The notes under the pieces: generated by a model
Seen by the model: only the letters and a program-made list of their open reading frames with translations
Told to the model about the DNA's origin: nothing
Databases searched by the model: none
Source of the DNA: Terriglobia bacterium
Lineage (GTDB): Bacteria; Acidobacteriota; Terriglobia; 2-12-FULL-54-10
DNA length: 64,000 nt
Direction of reading: 5' to 3'
Assembly: GCA_963666975.2 (NCBI GenBank)
Contig: CAXVYR010000004.1
Span: 2,272,001-2,336,000 of the forward strand
Made by a program: the position numbers and the translations under genes
Shown here: piece after piece, positions 48,540 through 58,439 of the stretch
How positions within the stretch are numbered: the stretch's first letter is position 1
Layout: every line of letters begins with the position of its first letter

Positions 48540-49898
48540 TTGTCAATGTCCCCGGCCAACCACCACCCAGCCATCCTGCACGTGGACATGGATGCCTTCT
48601 TCGTCTCGGTGGAAGAGTTGTACGATTCTTCTCTCCGCGGGAAGCCCGTGATCGTCGGAGGGAAGCCCAACCAGCGGGGAGTGGTGGCTGCGGCTTCCTA
48701 CGCGGCGCGCCGTTTCGGCGTTCACTCCGCCATGCCGCTCACTCGGGCGGCGCGGCTCTGTCCGCAGGCGATTTTTCTTCCGGGCCGCCGCGAGCGATAC
48801 AGCGCGGCGTCGCGGCAGATTAAGGAGATATTTCAAAAATTCTCTCCTCGCGTGGAAATGGTATCTGTGGATGAGGCCTATTTGAATCTAACCGGAAGCG
48901 AGCGCCTGTTCGGCTCCCCGCTTCGCGCGGCGCATTTGCTCCACGAGGAAGTCGCCCGGAATGCCCGCCTGCCCTGCTCGATAGGAGTCTCCACCACGCG
49001 GCTGGTCTCCAAGGTTGCCTCCGCCCAAGCCAAACCGAACGGCGTCCTTTGGGTGATGCAAGGAACAGAGGCGGCCTTCCTGGCCCCGTTGCCGGTGGGA
49101 AAAATACCCGGCGTCGGCAAAGTCACCGAAAAACATCTGCGAGAGCTGGGCGTTCATCGCGTAGGCGACCTGGCGCGGCTGGGACGAGACACTCTGGAAT
49201 CCAAATTGGGCCGGTACGGAGCGGCATTGTTTGCTAAGTCGCAAGGGAACCAGGAACGCGAGGGAGTTTTGACCGGCGCGGAATGGGATGCAGGATGGGA
49301 CGCGGCGGATGAGAATGAAGATGAGGATGAGGATAATGACCGGGCCAAGAGCATCGGGCATGAGGAGACTTTTGGCGAAGACCTCGCGGACCCGGCTACG
49401 CTGGAGACCACGCTGGCTGATTTGTCGCAGAGGGTAGCGGCACGCTTGCGGCAACAGGGGCTTTATGCCCGCACCATCACCTTGAAGTTGCGATACGCCA
49501 GCTTCCAAACCCTCACCCGCGCTCAAACCTTGGCCGAGCCGACCAACCTGGACGGCAGTATCCTAGACACCGCTCGCCGCCTCTTCCAGCGGAACTGGAA
49601 CCGGAAACGAAAGGTGCGGTTGCTGGGGGTGCAGGCGAGCGGCCTCAGTGACCGTGCGGGCCAGGCGAATCTTTTAACCGCTTCTGCGGACCAGAAGTGG
49701 GGCCGCGCGCTGGCTGCGGCGGACAGTTTGCGGAACCGCTTCGGTTTCGCAAGCGTCCAGTTGGCGACTGCGCTGCCGTCGACCGCACTGTCTCCAGCCA
49801 ATGCCGAACAGCAACCGGAGGCCGCCCCCCGGAAGCCTCTAACCCGCAAGCAATCGGCTCGGAAGCCCTTAGCCCAGAACTATGCCCATGAGGATTAA
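48540..49898 (+). CDS. dinB: DNA polymerase IV
   Basis: LHVDMDAFFVSVE, AASYAARRFGVHSAMP, SVDEAY, KPNG, IPGVG, KSIGHEETF. Confidence 0.95.
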   Translation: MSMSPANHHPAILHVDMDAFFVSVEELYDSSLRGKPVIVGGKPNQRGVVAAASYAARRFGVHSAMPLTRAARLCPQAIFLPGRRERYSAASRQIKEIFQKFSPRVEMVSVDEAYLNLTGSERLFGSPLRAAHLLHEEVARNARLPCSIGVSTTRLVSKVASAQAKPNGVLWVMQGTEAAFLAPLPVGKIPGVGKVTEKHLRELGVHRVGDLARLGRDTLESKLGRYGAALFAKSQGNQEREGVLTGAEWDAGWDAADENEDEDEDNDRAKSIGHEETFGEDLADPATLETTLADLSQRVAARLRQQGLYARTITLKLRYASFQTLTRAQTLAEPTNLDGSILDTARRLFQRNWNRKRKVRLLGVQASGLSDRAGQANLLTASADQKWGRALAAADSLRNRFGFASVQLATALPSTALSPANAEQQPEAAPRKPLTRKQSARKPLAQNYAHED

Positions 49899-51243
49899 GC
49901 AATCAACGGCAGTCCCCCAGAACGCGGCCTCTGACGCCCGGCGATTGGCCGAGCGAGTAGCGCGCCAACTGCGAGACCAGGGTGATCAGGCTTATTTCGT
50001 GGGTGGGTGCGTGCGGGACATGCTGCGGGGAGTGGAGCCGAAAGATTACGACGTGGCGACCGACGCCCGGCCGGAGCAGGTATTGGATTTGTTTCCTCAT
50101 GCTCTGGCGGTGGGAGCGCAGTTCGGGGTGGTGATGGTAGTGGAGGGGAGTCATCAAGTGGAGGTGGCCACCTTCCGCAACGACGGCCTCTATAGCGATG
50201 GACGCCGCCCGGACGAGGTCAGCTTTTCCCGCGAGCCCCGCGAAGACGTACAGCGCCGCGACTTCACCATCAACGGGCTCCTGATGGACCCCGCCACCGG
50301 CGAAGTACTCGACTTCGTCGAAGGCAGGAAGGACATGGAGCGGCGTCTGGTCCGCGCCATCGGCGATCCGGAACGGCGCTTTGAGGAAGACAGGCTGCGG
50401 ATGCTGCGTGCCGTGCGCTTCGCCGCCTGCCTCGGCTACGAGATTGACCCGGAGACCTTCGCCGCTGTCAAACACATGAGCCCGAAGATCGCCGGGGTCA
50501 GCGCCGAGCGAGTGCGAGACGAGCTGCTCCGCATCCTGTGCGGGGGACACGCTCGCCGTGGCTTTGAACTGCTGGATGAAGCCGGGCTGCTCGAAAAACT
50601 CCTTCCGGAAATAACGGCGATGAAAGGCGTGGAGCAGCCTCCGCAGTACCATCCTGAAGGGGATGTTTGGATACACACGATGCTGATGCTGGAATCTCTA
50701 GAGGCCGGTTGCTCGCCCACGCTCGCCATGGGGGTGCTGCTGCACGACGTAGGCAAGCCGCCTACCTTCCGTGTAGCAGAAGACCGCATCCGGTTCGACC
50801 AGCATGTTTCCGTCGGGGCGCGAATGGCGGAGGTGATTTGCCGACGCCTGCGCCTCTCGCGAGAGCAGAGCGGGCAGGTCACGGCGCTGGTGGAGCACCA
50901 CCTGAAGTTTCGCGACGCGCCCCGCATGCGCGCCAGCACCTTGAAGCGGTTCTTGCGTCTGGAAAAATTCGAGGAGCATCTGGAGTTGCATCGCCTCGAT
51001 TGTCTTTCCAGCCACCGCAGCATGGACAGCCACGAATGGGCGCGCGCCAAACTGCGGGAGCTGCCTGCGGAGGCCCTCCGGCCCAGGCCGTTGGTCAACG
51101 GCGATGACCTGATCGAGATGGGTTACCCGCCCGGACCTCGGTTTAGGGAGATTCTCCAGACTGTCGAAACCGCCCAACTGGAGGAGCAAATCGTCTCCCG
51201 GGAGGCGGCATTGAAATTCGTGAAAGAGCAGTTTTCTCTGTGA
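49882..51243 (+). CDS. cca: CCA tRNA nucleotidyltransferase / poly(A) polymerase family with HD domain
   Basis: VGGCVRD..DYDVAT, RRDFTING, RFEEDRLRMLRAVRF, YHPEGDVWIH, LLHDVGK. Confidence 0.9.
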   Translation: MPMRIKQSTAVPQNAASDARRLAERVARQLRDQGDQAYFVGGCVRDMLRGVEPKDYDVATDARPEQVLDLFPHALAVGAQFGVVMVVEGSHQVEVATFRNDGLYSDGRRPDEVSFSREPREDVQRRDFTINGLLMDPATGEVLDFVEGRKDMERRLVRAIGDPERRFEEDRLRMLRAVRFAACLGYEIDPETFAAVKHMSPKIAGVSAERVRDELLRILCGGHARRGFELLDEAGLLEKLLPEITAMKGVEQPPQYHPEGDVWIHTMLMLESLEAGCSPTLAMGVLLHDVGKPPTFRVAEDRIRFDQHVSVGARMAEVICRRLRLSREQSGQVTALVEHHLKFRDAPRMRASTLKRFLRLEKFEEHLELHRLDCLSSHRSMDSHEWARAKLRELPAEALRPRPLVNGDDLIEMGYPPGPRFREILQTVETAQLEEQIVSREAALKFVKEQFSL

Positions 51244-52847
51244 AGAATCCGCCACCCAGCAAGGTTCATGTTAAGGCCACCCCCGAGCAGGAGGCAGCCT
51301 CGCGTCTGGCGGAGTTTCGCAAGCTCCATGAGCGGGGAGCGCTCAATGCTGAAGTTACCGAAAAGTTCGCGACCGAAGCGGCTGCGGCTTTCTTGAGTCA
51401 ACCTCGCGAGCGAGACGCCTATCTCAAAGACGCCATCGCGCTGCTTGCTGAAATCTCGACGCTGGAAGAGCCATCCTTGGCGGAGCCCGGCCACCGTGCC
51501 ACCTTTCCATTGTTGGTGGAATACCTCAGCGATTCCTTCGATCCGCAGCAATGCCTTCTCTATGACCGTGCCTTTGCCCAGATGATTACCTTCTGCCGGA
51601 AGCTGCCCGCCGCAAAGGAACTGGATGCCGCCTTGCGGCAATTCGGCCTGAAAAGCGAGCGGGACCTGCTCGACCGCAAAGCCCGGATAAGAGAACGGAT
51701 GAGAGAGAGGTCGGGGGAAAATAAACCGCTTCTCGACACGGACGCGCAGCGGAAGGTCCGCAAGGTGCTGGTGCTCTCTCGCGTCACCTTGGGGGCCGAC
51801 GTGGCCGTAACCAGCGTCGTGTTGGAAAAGGCCAAGCGTGTTTTCCCACAAGCCGAACGGGTGTTGATCGGCTCCCTGAAGCTCGAGCAATTGTTCGGGG
51901 GCGACAGCACCCTCAGAATCCGCGACGTCCGGTACAAGACGAGCGGCGGCCTGCTGGACCGTCTGCTCGGCTGGCTTCCCGTGATCGGGGCGGTGGAGGA
52001 AGAAACACGGAACCTTGCCACGGAACAGTTCGTAGTGATTGACCCCGACTCCCGGCTATTGCAGCTCGGCCTGCTGCCGGTAGTTCGTCCTGCCGCTCAT
52101 GACGATTCGCGATACTTTTTCCTGGAGAGCCGCCTCTTTGGCGAGCCGGGCCAGGGCAGCATCAGCCGTATCACTCTTGGCTGGCTGAACGGAATTTTCG
52201 GCGGCGAGGACGAGATTTTTCCCGCCGTCGACCTCCGGGAAGCTGACCGCAGCCTCGGCCTGGATTTGTGCCGCAAGCTCCGGCAGAGTGGCTCGGGCTT
52301 CCTGGTAGCGGTCAGCTTCGGCGTAGGAGGAAATCAGAGCAAGCGCCTGCCGGATCCGTTTGAGGAGCAGCTATTGTCCCGCTTGCTCGATGACGGCTGC
52401 ACGGTGCTGCTGGACAAAGGGTTTGGTGAAGAGGAGCGCGACCGCGCCGGCCGCCTCGTGGAGCGTGTCCGGGCAGGCGGGCAAACAGTCATCGAGCTGA
52501 ATCAAAGCAGCGCCATTGCGGAATTGGCTGCCCGGGAGCTTCGCTGCCGGATGCTGACATGGCAGGGGGAAATCGGTTTTTTCAGCGCGTTGGTTGCGGG
52601 TTGCGATGAATATATTGGTTACGATTCGGCCGGCCAGCACATTGCGGCAGCTCTCGGGGTGCCGGCGCTCGATATTTTTACTGACTCTGCTTCGGAGGTT
52701 TTTCGGGAACGGTGGCGGCCCACAGGTCAAGGAATCGTACAGGTAGTGGCCGCCCCGCTCTTGCAGGAAAGTCCGGGCCCGATCCTTGAGAACGTAGTAT
52801 CCCTTCACGGGAAAATCAAATCCGGCGACATGAACACTGAGAAGTAA
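51240..52847 (+). CDS. Glycosyltransferase family 9-like protein with N-terminal extension
   Basis: LSRVTLGADV, YIGYDSAGQHIAAALGVP..IF, RWRP. Confidence 0.75.
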   Translation: MKNPPPSKVHVKATPEQEAASRLAEFRKLHERGALNAEVTEKFATEAAAAFLSQPRERDAYLKDAIALLAEISTLEEPSLAEPGHRATFPLLVEYLSDSFDPQQCLLYDRAFAQMITFCRKLPAAKELDAALRQFGLKSERDLLDRKARIRERMRERSGENKPLLDTDAQRKVRKVLVLSRVTLGADVAVTSVVLEKAKRVFPQAERVLIGSLKLEQLFGGDSTLRIRDVRYKTSGGLLDRLLGWLPVIGAVEEETRNLATEQFVVIDPDSRLLQLGLLPVVRPAAHDDSRYFFLESRLFGEPGQGSISRITLGWLNGIFGGEDEIFPAVDLREADRSLGLDLCRKLRQSGSGFLVAVSFGVGGNQSKRLPDPFEEQLLSRLLDDGCTVLLDKGFGEEERDRAGRLVERVRAGGQTVIELNQSSAIAELAARELRCRMLTWQGEIGFFSALVAGCDEYIGYDSAGQHIAAALGVPALDIFTDSASEVFRERWRPTGQGIVQVVAAPLLQESPGPILENVVSLHGKIKSGDMNTEK

Positions 52848-53065
52848 GCAAGCTGCGGCCTTACTTTACGGTCCGGCAAGGTGTGTTAGCAGGGAAACGG
52901 ACAAGAAGGAATGAGCAATAAATGGTCCCAGGTTTTTCCGCGGTCCCTAGTCCTTCGACTTGCCTTATGGAAGGCGAGTCGGGTGGCTTCCTGTCAAGTT
53001 CCACGAACTAACGCGTGAACTCCGCAGGGAAACCACCCGCCTAGGCGTTAGCTTTGGCGTTAGCT

Positions 53066-53713
53066 TTATAGATGCAAGTTGCCATGCATCGGAGCATGCG
53101 GCGAAAACATGCCGGGCTTGCCTCTTAAGGTGTCGGCGCCCGCCGGGCCTGGGAACCCATGTCCCCGTTGCTGCCGGAAACCACCGCGCCGTTGCGGCCC
53201 GAAACCGCCACGCCGTTGCCGGGGTCTCTCGATGAGTCCAAAGGCGGCCAGCGGTCCCCCCTGGGGAGCCAGCCTCACTGCCTCTTGAATTTGGGCAACC
53301 TTATCTTGCTGCGTCGCAGTTAATAGGGTCATTGCAGCCTCCCGGAAGGATGCTTCCAGGTCCTGCCTGACCTGCCGCACCTGCGCTTGCAGGCTTCGCT
53401 GCTGAATCAAAATGGAGCCGATCTGTCCGGGGTCCGGGCTGGTCGAGTTCAGCAACTCGTTCTTTTGCTGTTCCAATTGCCGGATTTGGCTCGTCCATTC
53501 GCGTATTTGGGTCCTCTGAGTCTCTGTTGTTTGGCGATGGGTTTGTCTCAGTTCCGCGAATTGCTGAACCTGTGCGTCAGTCAGCTCCAAGATCCTTTTG
53601 AGAGCCTCCACCGGTCTCCGTCGGCGGGGAGATGTGGAGTCATCCTGAGCCTGTGCAGAAATCGTGAGCAACAGCAAGCACGCCGCTACTATGGCAAACA
53701 ATTTGGTCTTCAT
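53066..53713 (-). CDS. Spy/CpxP-like periplasmic helical protein
   Basis: Signal peptide, LELTDAQ and LLTATQQ (LTxxQ) motifs, coiled coil. Confidence 0.75.
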   Translation of the reverse strand: MKTKLFAIVAACLLLLTISAQAQDDSTSPRRRRPVEALKRILELTDAQVQQFAELRQTHRQTTETQRTQIREWTSQIRQLEQQKNELLNSTSPDPGQIGSILIQQRSLQAQVRQVRQDLEASFREAAMTLLTATQQDKVAQIQEAVRLAPQGGPLAAFGLIERPRQRRGGFGPQRRGGFRQQRGHGFPGPAGADTLRGKPGMFSPHAPMHGNLHL

Positions 53714-53840
53714 TGGCAATCTCCTCAAATATCGTTTTATTTACTTTGCAAAAAATTCTTCAGGGCACCCCTCGCGACGGGGCGCCTCTTTTCGGGTTGA
53801 GACCCAATATGGGCTTCAGAATTGTAAACCCAGGTTCTCG

Positions 53841-54029
53841 CTAAAAGTTGCTGTTAGAATTGGCGGCTGGAATCACCATCGGTGCATAACCATCCAGTGC
53901 CGGCCACGCCGGTGCTTCCTCCATGGCCGGGGTCTCTGCCGGACGCTGGCAGCCCGCACCGAATAACCACAGAGCACCGGCGACGGCCAACAATAAACGT
54001 TTGCCAAAAGGCGTTCTGCCGGAGCCCAA
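53841..54029 (-). pseudogene. Lipoprotein N-terminal fragment (cytochrome c peroxidase-like start)
   Basis: Lipobox GAGC, then GYAPMVIPAAN, then an abrupt end. Confidence 0.35.
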
Positions 54030-54295
54030 AGTGATTTTCCAAGCTTCATGAATTCTCCATTTTCAATTTCCTCTTGAGTGTCTGATGGAACCTCTCCCCC
54101 CGCCAGTGCAGGACATTCTAAAATCACTCGCGGGTGAAATCTATGGCTTTGCAATGATTTAGTTTCGCAGCAGCCTGGTTCCCACTCGGCCTCTGGACCG
54201 GGAACTGATAAAATAGATTGTTTTTATGGGTTGAATAAGTAATATTTATCCATTAAAAACAGACCGGTGAGGAGAACAGGCCGGCCCCAGCTGGC

Positions 54296-55198
54296 ATGGA
54301 ACCTATGGATCTGGATCAGGTTACCGCTTTTCTGGAAGTGGCTCGCAAGCAGAGTTTCTCGCGGGCGGCGGAAAAGCTCTATCGCACGCAACCGGCCATC
54401 AGCGCGCAGATTCGGGCGCTGGAGACCGAGTGCGGGCAGAAACTGTTTGACCGGCTGGGGCGAAAAATTTTCCTTACCCCGGCGGGCAAGGTCCTGTTTG
54501 AATGCGGAGAACATCTGGTGACTCTGCACCGGGAAACCCTGCAACGGGTCCGCGAGGCCCACGGCGCGGCGGGCGGCACGCTGGTCGTAGGGGCCAACGA
54601 GGCCACCTGTTTGTATGTGCTTCCGCAGGTATTTGCCGAGTTCAAACGGAAATATCCGCAGGTGGCAATCAGTATCTATCGCAATTTCAGCCAGAAGATT
54701 CTGCTAAAAATGGCAGAGAGCCAGATCGACGTAGGAATTGTCACTCTCCCGGTGGCGCAGAGCAACTTGAAGGTAATCCCCATCTTTGAAGATGAGTTGC
54801 AAGTCGTGGTTCCTGCGGGACACCGGCTGGCGAAGCGGGCCTCGGTGAAACGGGAGGACTTGGTGGAGGAGCAGTTGATCTTCCCGAAAGGCGGCCATAC
54901 CCGCGAGTTGCTGGAGAAAATCTTCCGTAAGCAGCGCAGCCGTTTGCAGATCTCCATGGAGCTGGCCAGCGTGGAGAGCATCAAGAAGTTCGTCGGCGCG
55001 GGGCTGGGGATCTCATTGATCAGCCGCTCCTATGCCGAGATGGAAACCAAATCGAACATCTTGAAACTGATCCCGCTCCAGGGCCCCAAGCTGGTGCGGC
55101 GGCTGGGCTTGGTCTACCGCATCGACCGCCATCTTTCCCACGCGGCGCAGGCGTTTGCGGAGATCGTACACTCCCGCAACTCAAAAGCTTCTTCGTAA
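54296..55198 (+). CDS. LysR-family transcriptional regulator
   Basis: SFSRAAEKLYRTQPAISAQIRALE...LFDR...LTPAG; GLGISLI. Confidence 0.95.
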   Translation: MEPMDLDQVTAFLEVARKQSFSRAAEKLYRTQPAISAQIRALETECGQKLFDRLGRKIFLTPAGKVLFECGEHLVTLHRETLQRVREAHGAAGGTLVVGANEATCLYVLPQVFAEFKRKYPQVAISIYRNFSQKILLKMAESQIDVGIVTLPVAQSNLKVIPIFEDELQVVVPAGHRLAKRASVKREDLVEEQLIFPKGGHTRELLEKIFRKQRSRLQISMELASVESIKKFVGAGLGISLISRSYAEMETKSNILKLIPLQGPKLVRRLGLVYRIDRHLSHAAQAFAEIVHSRNSKASS

Positions 55199-55307
55199 GA
55201 CCGCGGCACATGCAGTTGGCAATCCGCCGCTGGGCATCTCCTGAGGACGCTGGCTTACCTGCGCTGCCTATAAAACCCGGCAACTTCCCATGTTCCGTTA
55301 TCCAAAT

Positions 55308-55407
55308 TAGGCCAGTTCCAGAGTTGGTGTGAAATGCGTTGCTGATGAATCCATCCGAGCCGCGACCGTGAGGGAGCGGACAAATGACGTTTTTCAACAA
55401 TCTGCTA
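55308..55407. repeat. Hybrid MITE/REP element abutting the amidase stop
   Basis: TAGGCCAGTTCCAGAGTT...GAGCCGCGACCGTGAGGGAGCGG...GTTTTTCAACAATCTGCTA. Confidence 0.65.
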
Positions 55408-57066
55408 AAGAGCCGGTTGCCGCTGGTGCCAATCGGTGGCCGATTCGTAGGCGTAGGCCAGGGCCAGCACCACCGCATCCTGAAACGGCTTGCCGGATAT
55501 CTGGAGTCCGATGGGCAATCCCGGCGGCGCAGTCGAAAAACCCGCTGGCACCGAGATAGCGGGAAACCCTAGCATATTGAACTCTGCACGAAAAGTAATG
55601 GCAGGGTTCGCCGTTTCCCCGGCGGGAGCCGGCATGGTGGGGGTCAGAAATGCGTCCAGGGGTTCATAAAGCTGGAGCATCTCCCGGATGAAGACCTTGC
55701 GGACCTGCTGGGCGCGAAGGTATTGGGCGGCGGTCAGCAGCGAACCGGCCTCGACGGTGGTCCGCACCCGCGACACGGGCGCTCCCGCGGGGTTGTCTGC
55801 TCCGTACAGGCCGACCCGGGTCAGCAGATACTGCCGGTGGTAGGTGGCGGCATCGCTGATACGGATAATACGCTGCGCGTCGGAAGCGACGTGGATGCTC
55901 GGCGGCAGGACCACTTCCCGGACTTCGGCTCCGAGATCTTCCATCACCTGGACGGCGCGGCGAAACGCGCTCAGGGTATCGGGGTGGAAGTCCGCGAGAA
56001 CCGTGGAGGACGGAATGGCTAGCTGCATCCCCCGAACATTTCTTCGCAGCAGGGCGGGGTAGTCGGGAACAGGCACGCGCGCGCTGTCGCGGTCATTGGG
56101 ATCGTATCCGGCGATGACTTTCAGGAGGATGGCGCAGTCCTCCACGCGCTTGGCCATCGGTCCCAGATGGTCGAGCGTCCAGCTAATGGGAACCACACCG
56201 TAGCGGCTGACCACGCCGAAGGTGGGTTTGTGTCCCACCACGCCGCAGGTGCTGGCAGGATTGCGAATGGAACCGGAGGTGTCGCCTCCGGTCGCGCCCA
56301 AAAGGAATGAGGCGGCCAGGGCGGCGCCGGAGCCGCCGCTGGAGCCCCCCGCGTTGCGGGACAGATCCCACGGGTTGTTCGTGCCCGCGGTAAATCCGCC
56401 GAAAGAGAACTCCGGCAGATTTGTCTTCCCGATCACGATGGCCCCGGCTTCTTTCAAGCGGCGGACGATAGTAGCGTCGAAGTCCGGGACAAAGTTTCGG
56501 AGCACCGCCGTCGCGGCCGTGGTCCGGATGCCGCGCGTGTAAAAGGTGTCCTTGAACCCCACTGGAATTCCGTGGAGCGGTCCCCGGTATCTTCCCTGCT
56601 GGATTTCCTGCTCGGCCCTGCGGGAGGCCTCCAGAGCCTCGTCGGCGGCCACCGTGATAAATGCCCCGACCTTGGGTTCCAGCGCCGCAATGCGGTCGAG
56701 CACGGCCTGGGTCAGCTCGACCGGCGAGAGTTGCTTTTGGCGAATCCGGGCGGCTGCTTCCACCAGGGTGAGCGACGGCAGGTCGATGTCCTGAGAACCG
56801 CTGCCCGTTGCAGGAGCCTGCGCAGATGTCAGAGAGGAAGCCGCTGAGGGAGAAGCCTTGGCCAGGGGCGAAAGCGTCAGGCCGGCAACGGCAGCCGCTG
56901 AAATCTCCAGAAAGCCGCGACGCGTCGTCTTCGATTGTTTTACTTCGGCTGCTTTTAAGCCGGATTGTTTTACGCCGGGTGTATTCGTCTCGGGAAGTTT
57001 TACGGAAGGTTTCCCGCGAGGCTGTTTCACGGCGTCACCTCCTCTCCGGCGGCTGTCCTTGCGCAT
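55405..57066 (-). CDS. Amidase-signature family enzyme with Tat signal
   Basis: TRRGFL; GPLHGIPVGFKD, GKTNLPEF, GGSSGGS, GDTSGSIRNPA, GLPIGLQ. Confidence 0.92.
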   Translation of the reverse strand: MRKDSRRRGGDAVKQPRGKPSVKLPETNTPGVKQSGLKAAEVKQSKTTRRGFLEISAAAVAGLTLSPLAKASPSAASSLTSAQAPATGSGSQDIDLPSLTLVEAAARIRQKQLSPVELTQAVLDRIAALEPKVGAFITVAADEALEASRRAEQEIQQGRYRGPLHGIPVGFKDTFYTRGIRTTAATAVLRNFVPDFDATIVRRLKEAGAIVIGKTNLPEFSFGGFTAGTNNPWDLSRNAGGSSGGSGAALAASFLLGATGGDTSGSIRNPASTCGVVGHKPTFGVVSRYGVVPISWTLDHLGPMAKRVEDCAILLKVIAGYDPNDRDSARVPVPDYPALLRRNVRGMQLAIPSSTVLADFHPDTLSAFRRAVQVMEDLGAEVREVVLPPSIHVASDAQRIIRISDAATYHRQYLLTRVGLYGADNPAGAPVSRVRTTVEAGSLLTAAQYLRAQQVRKVFIREMLQLYEPLDAFLTPTMPAPAGETANPAITFRAEFNMLGFPAISVPAGFSTAPPGLPIGLQISGKPFQDAVVLALAYAYESATDWHQRQPAL

Positions 57067-57265
57067 CCTCTTGAGTGAGAGAGAAGATCGTAGCCGGCGC
57101 CGCCTCCCTGTCCAATGGAAAGGCGTTCAGGCGCGCCATCGATTCCAAAAAGACTTTGTATTGCTCCAGGACGATCTCCAGCCGGTTTTCCGGGATGTTC
57201 AGCCCGTTGGCCAGCGCCAGGGACCGGATCAATTCCGTCGTCACTTGATTCGGATCTGCTTGCAT
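57035..57265 (-). CDS. GatC/AtzG-like small protein
   Basis: GGAGG SD; VTTELIRSLALANGLNIPENRL...LNAFPL...PATIF; overlaps the amidase start. Confidence 0.7.
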   Translation of the reverse strand: MQADPNQVTTELIRSLALANGLNIPENRLEIVLEQYKVFLESMARLNAFPLDREAAPATIFSLTQEDAQGQPPERR

Positions 57266-57657
57266 AGTCTCCTCCGTGAAAACTGTTTCCCCGCCGGGGG
57301 GGCAAAATGGAATCAATTCTGCCGAACGCGTCTGACGCCGAATGCGTTGCACATTTCGTCTTACAATGCGTCTTACAGTGCGTCTGGCAAGGACCCTGTC
57401 GCGAGGTATTCTACACCTGATTTTCCGCTGCTGTATCCGCGAAGGTTATCTTTTCCCGGTCAACCGCAGGAAAGCGGGATGGAGAGAACAGAAGGAAGAG
57501 AAAGAGTCTTGTGGGAAACGTTCCTTTCGGAGCGTAAAACTTTCCGGAAGCAGTTCTGTGCGGGGATGATTGAAAGAAGGTCTGCGGGTTAGTGCCCGAG
57601 TTCGTGCTTAAGTTAGGCCCAGGTCAGGTCCAAGCGAGTCTATGCCGCTCGGGAGAA

Positions 57658-57903
57658 CTATCCTCTTGGGGATAACGAGCCGGCAGCCGCGCCCATCGCC
57701 TTGATTTCCTTTGGCTCTCCCCGCAGGAACTTCATTTTTTCCCAGCTATACGGGAACTCTTTGCCGCAATCGAGGCACACAATGTAGGTTGCCCGCGGCA
57801 CACCCGATTGTTGTCCCCCGGCCGCCGTCTCCCGCCGGGGCGTAATCGGAAAGCCGGTATTACGATGAGTACAGCCGAACAGATAATCCATCCACACGCT
57901 CAT
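57658..57903 (-). CDS. Small putative Zn-binding hypothetical protein
   Basis: LFGCTH...FPIT...YIVCLDCGKEFPYSW..M. Confidence 0.8.
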   Translation of the reverse strand: MSVWMDYLFGCTHRNTGFPITPRRETAAGGQQSGVPRATYIVCLDCGKEFPYSWEKMKFLRGEPKEIKAMGAAAGSLSPRG

Positions 57904-58187
57904 GGTTCTTGAACCTCGATGCTTGCCAACTCGCTATTTACTGCTGGATGCTTGGGCCACAGCGTGCCGCTTGCCCGCCGTTGCTTTCTGTTTTAGAGCC
58001 TGCCTGTTTTTGCTCCTGTACGATTTGATGCTCGTATGGGGGGCAAAGATTCACCGTTCTACTCTTCGTCACGATATTGCGATTCTACTATCAAAAGAAT
58101 CTAATCGTGTTCCGTCCGGGCGATTTTCCGGCAGTTACTGAATGAGTTCATGGTTTCTTGCAGGCGGGATGGAAGACGCGTCACGAA

Positions 58188-58439
58188 TTAATCACGGCCG
58201 GGCGGATCCTGCTCCATGCGCTTGCGGATCGCTTCCTGGAGCTTGTCGTGGAGGCCTTCGGGGAGGGGATAGGGTTCAGACCCCCGGAAAATCTGAATGG
58301 TTTTCCGGGTCGTATCGAGAACCACCCAACAGTTGGGACAATCCTTCAGGTGTTGTTCCAACTCCTGGCGAAGCTCCGCAGCCACTTCATTGTCCAGGTA
58401 GTTGGAAAGTTCGGCCAAAACTTCGCTGCACGTTAACAA
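58188..58439 (-). CDS. zf-HC2 anti-sigma factor
   Basis: CSEV...LSNYLD...HLKDCPNC (HxxxCxxC). Confidence 0.9.
   Translation of the reverse strand: MLTCSEVLAELSNYLDNEVAAELRQELEQHLKDCPNCWVVLDTTRKTIQIFRGSEPYPLPEGLHDKLQEAIRKRMEQDPPGRD

Noticed and set aside
55405-57066. Calling the amidase gatA
   Set aside because: It has a Tat signal, no adjacent gatB, and lacks the GatA-typical DEFAMGSS and RILLG segments.
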